Below the pieces are notes generated by a model. It saw only the letters and a list, made by a program, of their open reading frames with translations. It was not told the DNA's origin and did no database searches. From the sequence record OR887633: 64,000 bases of DNA, one strand, 5' to 3'. This DNA comes from Shigella phage vb_GEC_SH_GT. How positions within the stretch are numbered: position 1 is the stretch's first letter; every line of letters starts with the position of its first letter. This document shows positions 1 through 11,145 of this stretch, piece after piece. A program made the position numbers and the translations under genes.

Positions 1-830
<830 letters not shown>

Positions 831-841
831 ATTATCTCCTA

Positions 842-1174
842 TTAAAAAGGATCAGGAACATATCCACTAGCTTTAATCATTTTAACTAATGTTACCATTC
901 CTTTGTTAACTGCTTGTGAGATTTCATCAAAAACTTCATCATTAAAAAGTTCTAGCACACCCTTCTGAACTTTTAATTTACAGCCAACAATTTCGTCATC
1001 GCCTATAGTAAATTCATTACCGCCAATTCCACCGAAAAACTTAATTACCCCAGTTAACTGTCTTCCACGAGAATATGGGTCATGTGATAAAGTAATATGA
1101 GTCACCCCAGGTACAGTTTTAAATTGACAGCGAATGTTTACTTGAGAAATTCCAGTTACATGAATGTCAGACAT
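842..1174 (-). CDS. hypothetical early protein
   Basis: 110-aa ORF, ATG start, tightly packed in minus-strand early cassette. Confidence 0.5.
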   Translation of the reverse strand: MSDIHVTGISQVNIRCQFKTVPGVTHITLSHDPYSRGRQLTGVIKFFGGIGGNEFTIGDDEIVGCKLKVQKGVLELFNDEVFDEISQAVNKGMVTLVKMIKASGYVPDPF

Positions 1175-1184
1175 AATATTTTCC

Positions 1185-1427
1185 TCAAACAGACTTTTTC
1201 ACAGTTTTCCAATCAGCTTTAAACTGATCAACATCAGAATGGTAAATCCAGAATCCTGCGCTTTCTCCATCTTCATAAAGAGGACATCCATCGCATTCAT
1301 CTTCCCATCCCATATCACGCAAAAGACGTTCAGCTTTTTCAACAAGTTCAGAATCTTTACCGATGATATTAAAATACCATTTACCCCTAACTTCTGAATC
1401 TTTAATGCTCTGACGTTGTAATCTCAT
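1185..1427 (-). CDS. hypothetical early protein
   Basis: 80-aa ORF, ATG start, GGAG SD, directly downstream of early promoter 1453-1482. Confidence 0.5.
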   Translation of the reverse strand: MRLQRQSIKDSEVRGKWYFNIIGKDSELVEKAERLLRDMGWEDECDGCPLYEDGESAGFWIYHSDVDQFKADWKTVKKSV

Positions 1428-1452
1428 TTTATTCTCCTTAGTTGATAGGGTA

Positions 1453-1482
1453 ATAGTATCACACTACTACCCTACTGTAAAC
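1453..1482 (-). promoter_or_regulatory. T4-type early promoter (GTTTAC -35, 18-bp spacer, TACTAT -10)
   Basis: minus-strand GTTTAC at 1482-1477 and TACTAT at 1458-1453, A/T-rich upstream. Confidence 0.55.
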
Positions 1483-1844
1483 TACTTTTTGAAAGTTTTT
1501 CGCAAAAGTTCAATGATTTCATCTACATTGTTTTCGTCAACAATGCAGTGAATTTTTGTTACGCCAGAAACCTTGTCTTCGACTTCATCTTCAGAAGTCG
1601 GTTCTTTATACTCACGAAAACAATGAAATTCATCTTCGCAGACGTTGAAGTAAAAATGCTTTCCATTGGCGCATTCTACGTGTTTTACTACTTTAAATCC
1701 ATCAGCAAAGAAAACTTCTTTAACTTCAAACCATCCGCCATTTTCTTGAATAGCTTTAACTATTAATGAATTAGAACGCGGGCGATAATTAATAAATGTA
1801 TCAATAAGTCTTGGAACAAGTTCGTACTTTTTATCAATATACAT
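1482..1844 (-). CDS. hypothetical early protein
   Basis: 120-aa ORF, ATG start. Confidence 0.5.
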   Translation of the reverse strand: MYIDKKYELVPRLIDTFINYRPRSNSLIVKAIQENGGWFEVKEVFFADGFKVVKHVECANGKHFYFNVCEDEFHCFREYKEPTSEDEVEDKVSGVTKIHCIVDENNVDEIIELLRKTFKK

Positions 1845-1888
1845 TATATTTTCCTCATTTTAATAGGGGCTTGATAGCCCCTCGATAA

Positions 1889-2119
1889 TTACTGTTCAAT
1901 CAATCCCATGTAAAATTCTGCATCTTCAGCATCCATACCATCACAGTATTCATTAGCCATAAATCGTTCAAGAACTTCTAAAGGACCTTCAATAACAATA
2001 GAAAAATTGCAATAATTGGGATCATCATGAATACTTGTGATACTAAGTTCAGGATAACGATTACGAATAATTTCTTCAATATATTCAAAATCAACGATGT
2101 CAATATCAACTTTAGCCAT
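1889..2119 (-). CDS. hypothetical acidic early protein
   Basis: ORF; ATG at 2119 preferred (AGAGGAAAA SD 6 nt upstream) over track start 2140. Confidence 0.45.
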   Translation of the reverse strand: MAKVDIDIVDFEYIEEIIRNRYPELSITSIHDDPNYCNFSIVIEGPLEVLERFMANEYCDGMDAEDAEFYMGLIEQ

Positions 2120-2162
2120 ATTGTTTTCCTCTTTAATCATCAGCAGTATTGCCGATAGTTGT

Positions 2163-2192
2163 ATAGTACCACAGTATGCTTTGGTTGTAAAC
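2163..2192 (-). promoter_or_regulatory. T4-type early promoter
   Basis: GTTTAC (2192-2187), 18-bp spacer, TACTAT (2168-2163); near-identical to module at 19103-19132. Confidence 0.6.
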
Positions 2193-2211
2193 CGTTTTGT
2201 GAAAAAAAATT

Positions 2212-2242
2212 TGAAATAAAAAAGGGGACCTCTAGGGTCCCC
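2212..2242 (-). terminator. rho-independent terminator downstream of gene 32
   Basis: GGGGACC-TCTA-GGGTCCCC hairpin followed by U-run on minus strand. Confidence 0.6.
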
Positions 2243-2264
2243 AATTAATTAGTAATATAATCTA

Positions 2265-3170
2265 TTAAAGGTCATTCAAAAGGTCATCCAGGTCCGTGTC
2301 ATCAGCACTAGATGAACTGCCAGAGCTTGAGCTCATAAAATCATCTTCAGTTTTTGTTTTGAAGTCATCAACATTAAATGCATCCAAATCATCAGCAACT
2401 TTATCAGCTTTCTTAGCGGCAGTCGCTGCGGCACCGCCCATCACAGCAGTTCCCATAACTTGACCGAATTTAGTATTCAGTTCTTCAAATGATTTGAATT
2501 TATCTTTAGAAGTCATTTCAGAAAGGTCAACCATTTGTTCGAACAGTTCTTTCTGGAAAGATTCATCGTCAATGTTTGGAATCGCAGATTGATTCAGGAA
2601 TTTAGATTCATCGTAGTTACTAAATCCAGAAACCTGTTTAACTTTCAGTACAAAGTTAGCACCTTCCCACGGACAAGTTACATCAACCGGAGTTTCACCC
2701 ATTTCAACATCAACTGCAATCATTGCGTTGATTTTATCCCAGATTTTCTTACCGAAACGGTATTTAAATACTTTACCTTCATTTTCTGGAGCAGCTGGGT
2801 CTTTTACTACAAGAATGTTAGCCCAGTAAGAAGTTTTACGTTTAACAAGACTGTACTCTTTATTGTCAGTGTTGTACAAATCATTTTTACTGATGTACTG
2901 ACATACTGGGCAAGAATCGTAATCACCGTGGGTAGATGAACATGTTTCAATATACCATTTACCATTTTTCTTGAAACCGTGATTTACAAGAATTGCGAAT
3001 GGTGCTTGTTCATCATTTTTAGACGGAAGAAAACGAATTACTGCTTGACCGTTACCCGCATTATCGAGTTTCAGTTTCCACTCGCCTTTATCTTCAGAAG
3101 AAAAACCTTTATTGCCATTCAGTTTAGCCATTTGTGCAGCAAGTTCAGCAGTAGATTTACGTTTAAACAT
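2265..3170 (-). CDS. 32: single-stranded DNA-binding protein gp32
   Basis: 301 aa; zinc-binding cluster [10 protein letters not shown]; acidic Ser/Asp-rich C-terminal tail; synteny. Confidence 0.93.
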
Positions 3171-3219
3171 TTTATTTCCTTTTTAATTTAATTAACAGTT
3201 GGTGCTATGACACTTTACC
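3171..3219 (-). promoter_or_regulatory. A/U-rich gene 32 leader (candidate autogenous translational operator)
   Basis: unstructured A/U-rich leader TTAAATTAAAAAGGAAATAAAATG on minus strand; function inferred from T4 gp32 autoregulation. Confidence 0.35.
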
Positions 3220-3852
3220 TCATAGCTGGCATAATTTGCAATACTCTGGGTCTTCGAGAGGTATCCAACCTGAGTTGAAATACTTTACCATCGATTTAGC
3301 AGTTGTATCAGTTATATTTATATTACCTTTAACTCTTCGCCATCCAGGAGTTTTACCGTACAGATTAGAGGATAATAATAACACATAATTCTCGTAAGCA
3401 ATATGAGATAATTTCCAAGACTCTATATTAGCTCGTGATGTTTTCCAAGGTCTAAAATCGTCACGGTTCATATAATTAGCCAATCTCATATGCTCTCTAA
3501 CTTCCGGGTCTTTGGCTGGATGAGTTTCACCACTCACACCAAATCCACCACCAGCATATACCAGATTAAAATAGTCTGGATTATCTCTGGCATTTACTTC
3601 AAGTTGGTATTTTCGTTCTGCTTCAATAACATCCAAGTCATCATCAATTTGAATTATTTTAACGCTCGGTTTTTGAAGCATTAGCGCATTCAAAAATCTT
3701 TTTTGTTTACATGAGCTCCAGTATTCCTTTCCGGAAGAGTCATATATTATTCCGTTCTCAAATGAGCAATTTAATTTACTACCGATATAGTAGTATGGCG
3801 GAGTCTTATTTTTGACACGGTCTTCAAATGTAAACCAATATACTATATTCAT
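3220..3852 (-). mobile_element. segG: GIY-YIG family homing endonuclease (SegG-like)
   Basis: N-terminal VYW...(13 aa)...YYIGSK resembling GIY-(10-11)-YIG; 210 aa; sits between 32 and 59. Confidence 0.5.
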
Positions 3853-3853
3853 A

Positions 3854-4507
3854 TCAATACTTGCAAGATTTCACAGTTTCAATGAAAACACTTTTAGCTT
3901 TCTGTGAATCAATATTTAAAATTTTTCTATAAGCCTTTAACTTTATAGAATAATTATTCCAGACTAAATTATCAGTCTGTTCATCATGTTTATCAATTAT
4001 ATTTAAAAATGAATCAAGCAAGATAAACGTCTCAAACGAAATTATGTTCGATTGTAGAAGTTTAAAAATATAACTTGACTGAACCTTTGGATTATATTCA
4101 AAGATTTCTTTAAAAGCAGAAACTTCAACTTTTTTACTAAAATAATAAATGTTGCGAATATCTTCTTCAAACTTAAATTTAATTTGCTTTAAGCGTCCGA
4201 TATATTCACGATAAAACACAAGTGCATCAGCGTCAGAGATGTCACCAATCCAAGCATCTTGGTTAGCAACCAAATTGCTTATAAAGATTAAAGCAAGTTC
4301 CTTTAATTTATATTTTTCTGATAACTTCTGGAAAAAATACTTATCCCTTCGCTTTTGATAAGCGGCATCAGACACCCGCATGCACCAATTATACTTAATT
4401 ACATCATACTTTCCATTCATATGTTGTTTTATCATTAAGTATAATTTATAAACTGATTTACCATCAATGTATCTTTCACCACCAGCAGGCATGCGGAGTT
4501 TAATCAT
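3854..4507 (-). CDS. 59: helicase loader gp59
   Basis: 217-aa ORF; start overlaps gene 33 stop (ATGA); sequence and position match T4-type gp59. Confidence 0.85.
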   Translation of the reverse strand: MIKLRMPAGGERYIDGKSVYKLYLMIKQHMNGKYDVIKYNWCMRVSDAAYQKRRDKYFFQKLSEKYKLKELALIFISNLVANQDAWIGDISDADALVFYREYIGRLKQIKFKFEEDIRNIYYFSKKVEVSAFKEIFEYNPKVQSSYIFKLLQSNIISFETFILLDSFLNIIDKHDEQTDNLVWNNYSIKLKAYRKILNIDSQKAKSVFIETVKSCKY

Positions 4508-4842
4508 AGCAGAAAATCTAATGTATTAGTTTTTTCACAACGAACAACAGAAGGACGTAAAAGATTTTCGTCAATAGCTTCTGACTGAATTTTTTCAATT
4601 ATACCCGAAGGAATAAATTTAGCAAATTGAGTTTCAGGAATAGAATTTTCTTCCAAGAATGCTGTCGTAGCTTCAAGATAACTCATTCCAAACTCTTCTA
4701 CCATTTTTTCAATAATAAATCCATTTTCTTGACGATCAAGAAGCTTTGCTATTTCATCCTTTTCTTTCTTGATTGAAAGTTCTTTTTCTGAAAGACCGGT
4801 CTCATCGACCGGACGAATATCATTTAGAGAAAACTGTGTCAT
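4504..4842 (-). CDS. 33: late transcription co-activator gp33
   Basis: 112 aa from ATG at 4842 (track start 4851 is TTG); synteny. Confidence 0.8.
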   Translation of the reverse strand: MTQFSLNDIRPVDETGLSEKELSIKKEKDEIAKLLDRQENGFIIEKMVEEFGMSYLEATTAFLEENSIPETQFAKFIPSGIIEKIQSEAIDENLLRPSVVRCEKTNTLDFLL

Positions 4843-5089
4843 AAAGTTCAACTACCTCTTCAGTTTCAGCTTCAAACACATCACGGTTATCTTTATGATA
4901 CAAAGCTAATAGACGATTAAACATCTTACCGTCAACGCCAAGTTCATCTTTAGCACGAATTCGAATATCTTTAATCAGTTCATTATAACCGGAAATTTTC
5001 AGTTTATGATCAGATGCTTCTTTAATAAATTTAGCCAAGTCTTCGCCATGGATAGCTTCATCAAATTCAACCATTTCTTTTTTAGCCAT
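4820..5089 (-). CDS. dsbA: dsDNA-binding protein DsbA
   Basis: 89-aa ORF between 33 and rnh. Confidence 0.75.
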   Translation of the reverse strand: MAKKEMVEFDEAIHGEDLAKFIKEASDHKLKISGYNELIKDIRIRAKDELGVDGKMFNRLLALYHKDNRDVFEAETEEVVELYDTVFSK

Positions 5090-5097
5090 TATTCACC

Positions 5098-6015
5098 TCA
5101 AAATTCATTAATGCTATTAGTTAATTTAGAAAGACCCGCTTTTACAAAATATGAATAAATTTTGCCACGCGGTGGTAATTTATATGAATTATAGTAATTC
5201 ACAATGTTTGAAGCAATATTATCAGGAATATAATCAAAATCAATTAGAACTAAATTTTCTTTATAACGATTATATTCAGATTCTGTAAGAAGCACCTTAG
5301 CTTGCTCACGGTCATTAGCAATAGCTTCAACGATTGAAGTTTTCATTGAAGGAGTTCGTTCACCTTCAACTCTGGTAAACCAAAAGTCAGATCGTACTTT
5401 AACTGAAGCCACGTTATCCTTTTTGTCGCCTTTAAGGATTTTAGTCATACAGTCAATTTCAGCAGAACCGCTTTTAATTTTAACCCATTTCTTGTGCATC
5501 GGTGACCATTGCTTAACATTTGGGTATTTGTGAAGCTGTGTAAAGTCACCATCCGACGAAATGATTAAAATCTTATGTCCTTCTAAAGAGAACTTTTTAA
5601 CAAGAACAGCAATGTGGTCATCTGCTTCATACTTATCAATATCCATAACAATGTATGGCATATAAGCTTTCAATTCATCTATAACTTTATGACTGGATTC
5701 AAAATAACCTTCCCAGTCCCAAGTCGATTCTTCTCGTGCTTTTCCACGGTTTTTCTTATAATAATAAGCGAAATCACGACGCCAGTATCCAGATTTCGCG
5801 TTATCAATACACAGTACAATTTTAGTGTATCCAAGAGTTTTTGCTTTTTTGACATTAAACTTAATTGAGTTCAATATCAAATGACGAACCATTGATAAAT
5901 TAATTTTTTCTTTATCTGGGAAGTTTACTAAAGCAGTTGAAAGAGCAATTTGACTAAAGTCAATAAAGCAAATTCCTTCTTTGTAATCTTCATCCAGCAT
6001 CATTTCTAAATCCAT
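5098..6015 (-). CDS. rnh: RNase H (5'-3' exonuclease, FEN family)
   Basis: 305 aa from ATG at 6015 with GAGG SD (track start 6030 is TTG); FEN-like acidic motifs. Confidence 0.85.
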   Translation of the reverse strand: MDLEMMLDEDYKEGICFIDFSQIALSTALVNFPDKEKINLSMVRHLILNSIKFNVKKAKTLGYTKIVLCIDNAKSGYWRRDFAYYYKKNRGKAREESTWDWEGYFESSHKVIDELKAYMPYIVMDIDKYEADDHIAVLVKKFSLEGHKILIISSDGDFTQLHKYPNVKQWSPMHKKWVKIKSGSAEIDCMTKILKGDKKDNVASVKVRSDFWFTRVEGERTPSMKTSIVEAIANDREQAKVLLTESEYNRYKENLVLIDFDYIPDNIASNIVNYYNSYKLPPRGKIYSYFVKAGLSKLTNSINEF

Positions 6016-6044
6016 ATGAACCTCGTTCAATTAGTGAGATTTCT

Positions 6045-6074
6045 ATTATATACCATCCAAATCTTAAAGTAAAC
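6045..6074 (-). promoter_or_regulatory. early promoter for rnh
   Basis: GTTTAC (6074-6069), 18-bp spacer, TATAAT (6050-6045) on minus strand. Confidence 0.5.
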
Positions 6075-6077
6075 AAG

Positions 6078-6085
6078 TATAAATA
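6078..6085 (+). promoter_or_regulatory. late promoter TATAAATA for gene 34
   Basis: exact TATAAATA 35 nt upstream of gene 34 ATG. Confidence 0.7.
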
Positions 6086-6119
6086 CTTATTATTGAAAAC
6101 ACAATAGGAGCCCGGGAGA

Positions 6120-9100
6120 ATGGCCGAGATTAAAAGAAAGTTCAGAGCAGAAGATGGTCTGGACGCAGGTGGTGATAAAATAATCAACGTAGCTTTAGCT
6201 GATCGTGCCGTAGGAACTGACGGTGTTAACGTTGATTACTTAATTCAAGAAAACACAGTTCAACAATACGATCCAACTCGTGGATATTTAAAAGATTTTG
6301 TAATCATTTATGATAACCGCTTTTGGGCTGCTATAAATGATATTCCAAAACCAGCAGGAGCTTTTAATAGCGGACGCTGGAGAGCATTACGTACCGATGC
6401 TAACTGGATTACGGTTTCATCTGGTTCATATCAATTAAAATCCGGTGAAGCAATTTCGGTTAACACTGCAGCTGGAAATGACATCACGTTTACTTTACCA
6501 TCTTCTCCAATTGATGGTGATACTATCGTTCTCCAAGATATTGGAGGAAAACCTGGAGTTAACCAAGTTTTAATTGTAGCTCCAGTACAAAGTATTGTAA
6601 ACTTTAGAGGTGAACAGGTACGTTCAGTACTAATGACTCATCCAAAGTCACAGCTAGTTTTAATTTTTAGTAATCGTCTGTGGCAAATGTATGTTGCTGA
6701 TTATAGTAGAGAAGCTATAGTTGTAACACCAGCGAATACTTATCAAGCGCAATCCAACGATTTTATCGTGCGTAGATTTACTTCTGCTGCACCAATTAAT
6801 GTTAAACTTCCAAGATTTGCTAATCATGGCGATATTATTAATTTCGTCGATTTAGATAAACTAAATCCGCTTTATCATACAATTGTTACTACATACGATG
6901 AAACGACTTCAGTACAAGAAGTTGGAACTCATTCCATTGAAGGCCGTACAACGATTGACGGTTTCTTGATGTTTGATGATAATGAGAAATTGTGGAGATT
7001 GTTTGACGGGGATAGTAAAGCGCGTTTACGTATCATAACGACTAATTCTAATATTCGTCCAAATGAAGAAGTTATGGTATTTGGTGCGAATAACGGAACA
7101 GCTCAGACAATTGAGCTTAAGCTTCCAACTAATATTTCTGTTGGTGATACTGTTAAAATTTCCATGAATTACATGAGAAAAGGACAAACAGTTAAAATCA
7201 AAGCTGCTGATGAAGATAAAATTGCTTCTTCAGTTCAATTGCTGCAATTCCCAAAACGCTCAGAATATCCACCTGAAGCTGAATGGGTTACAGTTCAAGA
7301 ATTAGTTTTTAACGGTGAAACTAATTATGTTCCAGTTTTGGAACTTGCTTACATAGAAGATTCTGATGGAAAATATTGGGTTGTACAGCAAAACGTTCCA
7401 ACTGTAGAAAGAGTAGATTCTTTAAATGATTCTACTAGAGCAAGATTAGGCGTAATTGCTTTAGCTACACAAGCTCAAGCTAATGTCGATTTAGAAAATT
7501 CTCCACAAAAAGAATTAGCAATTACTCCAGAAACGTTAGCTAATCGTACTGCTACTGAAACTCGCAGAGGTATTGCAAGAATAGCAACTACTGCTCAAGT
7601 GAATCAGAACACCACATTCTCTTTTGCTGATGATATTATCATCACTCCTAAAAAGCTGAATGAAAGAACTGCTACAGAAACTCGCAGAGGTGTTGCTGAA
7701 ATTGCTACGCAGCAAGAAACTAATGCAGGAACCGATGACACTACAATCATCACTCCTAAAAAGCTTCAAGCTCGTCAAGGTTCTGAATCATTATCTGGTA
7801 TTGTAACTTTTGTATCTACTGCAGGTGCTACTCCAGCTTCTAGCCGTGAATTAAATGGTACGAATGTTTATAATAAAAACACTAATAATTTAGTTGTTTC
7901 ACCTAAAGCTTTGGATCAGTATAAAGCTACTCCAACACAGCAAGGTGCAGTAATTTTAGCAGTTGAAAGTGAAGTAATTGCTGGACAAAGTCAGGAAGGA
8001 TGGGCAAATGCTGTTGTAACGCCAGAAACGTTACATAAAAAGACATCAACTGATGGAAGAATTGGTTTAATTGAAATTGCTACGCAAAGTGAAGTTAATG
8101 CAGGAACTGATTATACTCGTGCAGTCACTCCTAAAACTTTAAATGACCGTAGAGCAACTGAAAGTTTAAGTGGTATAGCTGAAATTGCTACACAAGTTGA
8201 ATTCGACGCAGGCGTCGACGATACTCGTATCTCTACACCATTAAAAATTAAAACCAGATTTAATAGTACTGATCGTACTTCTGTTGTTGCTCTATCTGGA
8301 TTAGTTGAATCAGGAACTCTCTGGGACCATTATACCCTTAATATTCTTGAAGCAAATGAGACACAGCGTGGTACACTTCGTGTAGCTACACAGGTCGAAG
8401 CTGCTGCAGGAACATTAGATAATGTTTTAATAACTCCTAAAAAGCTTTTAGGTACTAAATCTACCGAATCGCAAGAAGGTGTTATTAAAGTTGCAACTCA
8501 GTCTGAAACTGTGACTGGAACGTCAGCAAATACTGCTGTATCTCCAAAAAATTTAAAATGGATTGTGCAGAGTGAACCTACTTGGGCAGCTACTACTGCG
8601 ATAAGAGGTTTTGTTAAAACTTCATCTGGTTCAATTACGTTCGTTGGTAATGATACGGTAGGTTCAACACAGCCATTAGAATCATACGAGAAAAATAGCT
8701 ATGCAGTATCACCATATGAATTAAACCGTGTATTAGCAAATTATTTGCCGTTAAAAGCAAAAGCGGTAGATAGTAATTTATTGGATGGTCTAGATTCATC
8801 TCAGTTCATTCGTAGGGATATTGCACAGACGGTTAATGGTTCACTAACCTTGACACAACAAACGAATCTGAGTGCCCCTCTTGTATCATCTAGTACTGGT
8901 GAATTTGGTGGTTCATTGGCCGCTAATAGAACATTTACCATCCGTAATACAGGAGCCCCGACCAGTATCGTTTTCGAAAAAGGTCCTGCATCCGGGGCAA
9001 ATCCTGCACAGTCAATGAGTATTCGTGTATGGGGTAACCAATTTGGCGGCGGTAGTGATACGACCCGTTCGACAGTGTTTGAAGTTGGCGATGACACATC

Positions 9101-9989
9101 TCATCACTTTTATTCTCAACGTAATAAAGACGGTAATATAGCGTTTAACATTAATGGTACTGTAATGCCAATAAACATTAATGCTTCCGGTTTGATGAAT
9201 GTGAATGGCACTGCAACATTCGGTCGTTCAGTTACAGCCAATGGTGAATTCATCAGCAAGTCTGCAAATGCTTTTAGAGCAATAAACGGTGATTACGGAT
9301 TCTTTATTCGTAATGATGCCTCTAATACCTATTTTTTGCTCACTGCAGCCGGTGATCAGACTGGTGGTTTTAATGGATTACGCCCATTATTAATTAATAA
9401 TCAATCCGGTCAGATTACAATTGGTGAAGGCTTAATCATTGCCAAAGGTGTTACTATAAATTCAGGCGGTTTAACTGTTAACTCGAGAATTCGTTCTCAG
9501 GGTACTAAAACATCTGATTTATATACCCGTGCGCCAACATCTGATACTGTAGGATTCTGGTCAATCGATATTAACGATTCAGCCACTTATAACCAATTCC
9601 CGGGTTATTTTAAAATGGTTGAAAAAACTAATGAAGTGACTGGGCTTCCATACTTAGAACGTGGCGAAGAAGTTAAATCTCCTGGTACACTGACTCAGTT
9701 TGGTAACACACTTGATTCGCTTTACCAAGATTGGATTACTTATCCAACGACGCCAGAAGCGCGTACCACTCGCTGGACACGTACATGGCAGAAAACCAAA
9801 AACTCTTGGTCAAGTTTTGTTCAGGTATTTGACGGAGGTAACCCTCCTCAACCGTCTGATATCGGTGCTTTACCATCTGATAATGCTACAATGGGGAATC
9901 TTACTATTCGTGATTTCTTACGAATTGGTAATGTTCGCATTATTCCTGACCCAGTGAATAAAACGGTTAAATTTGAATGGGTTGAATAA
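6120..9989 (+). CDS. 34: long tail fibre proximal subunit gp34
   Basis: 1289-aa ORF; repeated ~20-aa motifs (ATETRRG..EIATQ..AGTDDT..TPKKL); late promoter upstream. Confidence 0.9.
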   Translation: MAEIKRKFRAEDGLDAGGDKIINVALADRAVGTDGVNVDYLIQENTVQQYDPTRGYLKDFVIIYDNRFWAAINDIPKPAGAFNSGRWRALRTDANWITVSSGSYQLKSGEAISVNTAAGNDITFTLPSSPIDGDTIVLQDIGGKPGVNQVLIVAPVQSIVNFRGEQVRSVLMTHPKSQLVLIFSNRLWQMYVADYSREAIVVTPANTYQAQSNDFIVRRFTSAAPINVKLPRFANHGDIINFVDLDKLNPLYHTIVTTYDETTSVQEVGTHSIEGRTTIDGFLMFDDNEKLWRLFDGDSKARLRIITTNSNIRPNEEVMVFGANNGTAQTIELKLPTNISVGDTVKISMNYMRKGQTVKIKAADEDKIASSVQLLQFPKRSEYPPEAEWVTVQELVFNGETNYVPVLELAYIEDSDGKYWVVQQNVPTVERVDSLNDSTRARLGVIALATQAQANVDLENSPQKELAITPETLANRTATETRRGIARIATTAQVNQNTTFSFADDIIITPKKLNERTATETRRGVAEIATQQETNAGTDDTTIITPKKLQARQGSESLSGIVTFVSTAGATPASSRELNGTNVYNKNTNNLVVSPKALDQYKATPTQQGAVILAVESEVIAGQSQEGWANAVVTPETLHKKTSTDGRIGLIEIATQSEVNAGTDYTRAVTPKTLNDRRATESLSGIAEIATQVEFDAGVDDTRISTPLKIKTRFNSTDRTSVVALSGLVESGTLWDHYTLNILEANETQRGTLRVATQVEAAAGTLDNVLITPKKLLGTKSTESQEGVIKVATQSETVTGTSANTAVSPKNLKWIVQSEPTWAATTAIRGFVKTSSGSITFVGNDTVGSTQPLESYEKNSYAVSPYELNRVLANYLPLKAKAVDSNLLDGLDSSQFIRRDIAQTVNGSLTLTQQTNLSAPLVSSSTGEFGGSLAANRTFTIRNTGAPTSIVFEKGPASGANPAQSMSIRVWGNQFGGGSDTTRSTVFEVGDDTSHHFYSQRNKDGNIAFNINGTVMPININASGLMNVNGTATFGRSVTANGEFISKSANAFRAINGDYGFFIRNDASNTYFLLTAAGDQTGGFNGLRPLLINNQSGQITIGEGLIIAKGVTINSGGLTVNSRIRSQGTKTSDLYTRAPTSDTVGFWSIDINDSATYNQFPGYFKMVEKTNEVTGLPYLERGEEVKSPGTLTQFGNTLDSLYQDWITYPTTPEARTTRWTRTWQKTKNSWSSFVQVFDGGNPPQPSDIGALPSDNATMGNLTIRDFLRIGNVRIIPDPVNKTVKFEWVE

Positions 9990-9997
9990 GAGGTATT

Positions 9998-11113
9998 ATG
10001 GAAAAATTTATGGCAGAGTTTGGACAAGGATATGTCCAAACGCCATTTTTATCGGAAAGTAATTCAGTAAGATACAAAATAAGTATAGCGGGTTCTTGCC
10101 CGCTTTCTACTGCAGGACCATATGTTAAATTTCAGGATAATCCTGTAGGAAGTCAAACATTTAGCGCAGGACTTCATTTAAGAGTTTTTGACCCTTCTAC
10201 AGGAGCATTAGTTGATAGTAAGTCATATGCTTTTTCGACTTCAAATGATACTACATCAGCTGCTTTTGTTAGTTTCATGAATTCTTTGACGAATAATCGA
10301 ATTGTTGCTATATTAACTAGCGGAAAGGTTAATTTTCCTCCTGAAGTAGTATCTTGGTTAAGAACCGCCGAAACGTCTGCTTTTCCATCTGACTCTATAT
10401 TGTCAAGATTCGACGTATCATATGCTGCTTTTTATACTTCTTCTAAAAGAGCTATCGCATTAGAGCATGTTAAATTAAGTAATAGAAAAAGCACAGATGA
10501 TTATCAAACTATTTTAGATGTTGTATTTGACAGTTTAGAAGATGTAGGAGCTACTGGGTTTCCAAGAAGAACGTATGAAAGCGTTGAGCAATTCATGTCA
10601 GCGGTTGGTGGAACTAATAACGAAATTGCGCGTCTACCAACTTCAGCTGCTATAAGTAAATTATCTGATTATAATTTAATTCCTGGAGATGTTCTTTATC
10701 TTAAAGCTCAGTTATATGCTGATGCTGATTTACTTGCTCTTGGAACTACGAATATATCCATTCGATTTTATAATGCATCTAACGGATATATTTCTTCAAC
10801 ACAGGCTGAATTTACTGGGCAAGCTGGGTCATGGGAATTAAAGGAAGATTATGTAGTTGTTCCAGAAAACGCTGTAGGATTTACGATATATGCACAAAGA
10901 ACTGCACAAGCTGGCCAAGGTGGCATGAGAAATTTAAGCTTTTCTGAAGTATCAAGAAACGGCGGTATTTCAAAACCTGCTGAATTTGGCGTCAATGGTA
11001 TTCGTGTTAATTATATCTGTGAATCTGCTTCACCTCCGGATATAATGGTACTTCCTACACAAGCATCGTCTAAAACTGGTAAAGTGTTTGGGCAAGAATT
11101 TAGAGAAGTATAA
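9998..11113 (+). CDS. 35: long tail fibre hinge protein gp35
   Basis: 371-aa ORF with AAGAGG SD, immediately after 34. Confidence 0.85.
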   Translation: MEKFMAEFGQGYVQTPFLSESNSVRYKISIAGSCPLSTAGPYVKFQDNPVGSQTFSAGLHLRVFDPSTGALVDSKSYAFSTSNDTTSAAFVSFMNSLTNNRIVAILTSGKVNFPPEVVSWLRTAETSAFPSDSILSRFDVSYAAFYTSSKRAIALEHVKLSNRKSTDDYQTILDVVFDSLEDVGATGFPRRTYESVEQFMSAVGGTNNEIARLPTSAAISKLSDYNLIPGDVLYLKAQLYADADLLALGTTNISIRFYNASNGYISSTQAEFTGQAGSWELKEDYVVVPENAVGFTIYAQRTAQAGQGGMRNLSFSEVSRNGGISKPAEFGVNGIRVNYICESASPPDIMVLPTQASSKTGKVFGQEFREV

Positions 11114-11118
11114 ATTGA

Positions 11119-11145
11119 GGGAGCCTTCGGGTTCCCTTTTTCTTT
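11119..11145 (+). terminator. C(UUCG)G hairpin plus U-run after gene 35
   Basis: GGGAGCC-TTCG-GGTTCCC followed by TTTTTCTTT. Confidence 0.5.

Noticed and set aside
7440-8560. Periodic repeats in gene 34 that could mimic a CRISPR-like array
   Set aside because: The repeats are in-frame coding repeats of the fibre shaft with variable spacing; no CRISPR architecture.
7536-9957. Alternative-frame ORFs inside gene 34 (7536-7778, 8801-9097, 9700-9957)
   Set aside because: Embedded in a long, well-supported structural gene; low-complexity translations with no signals.
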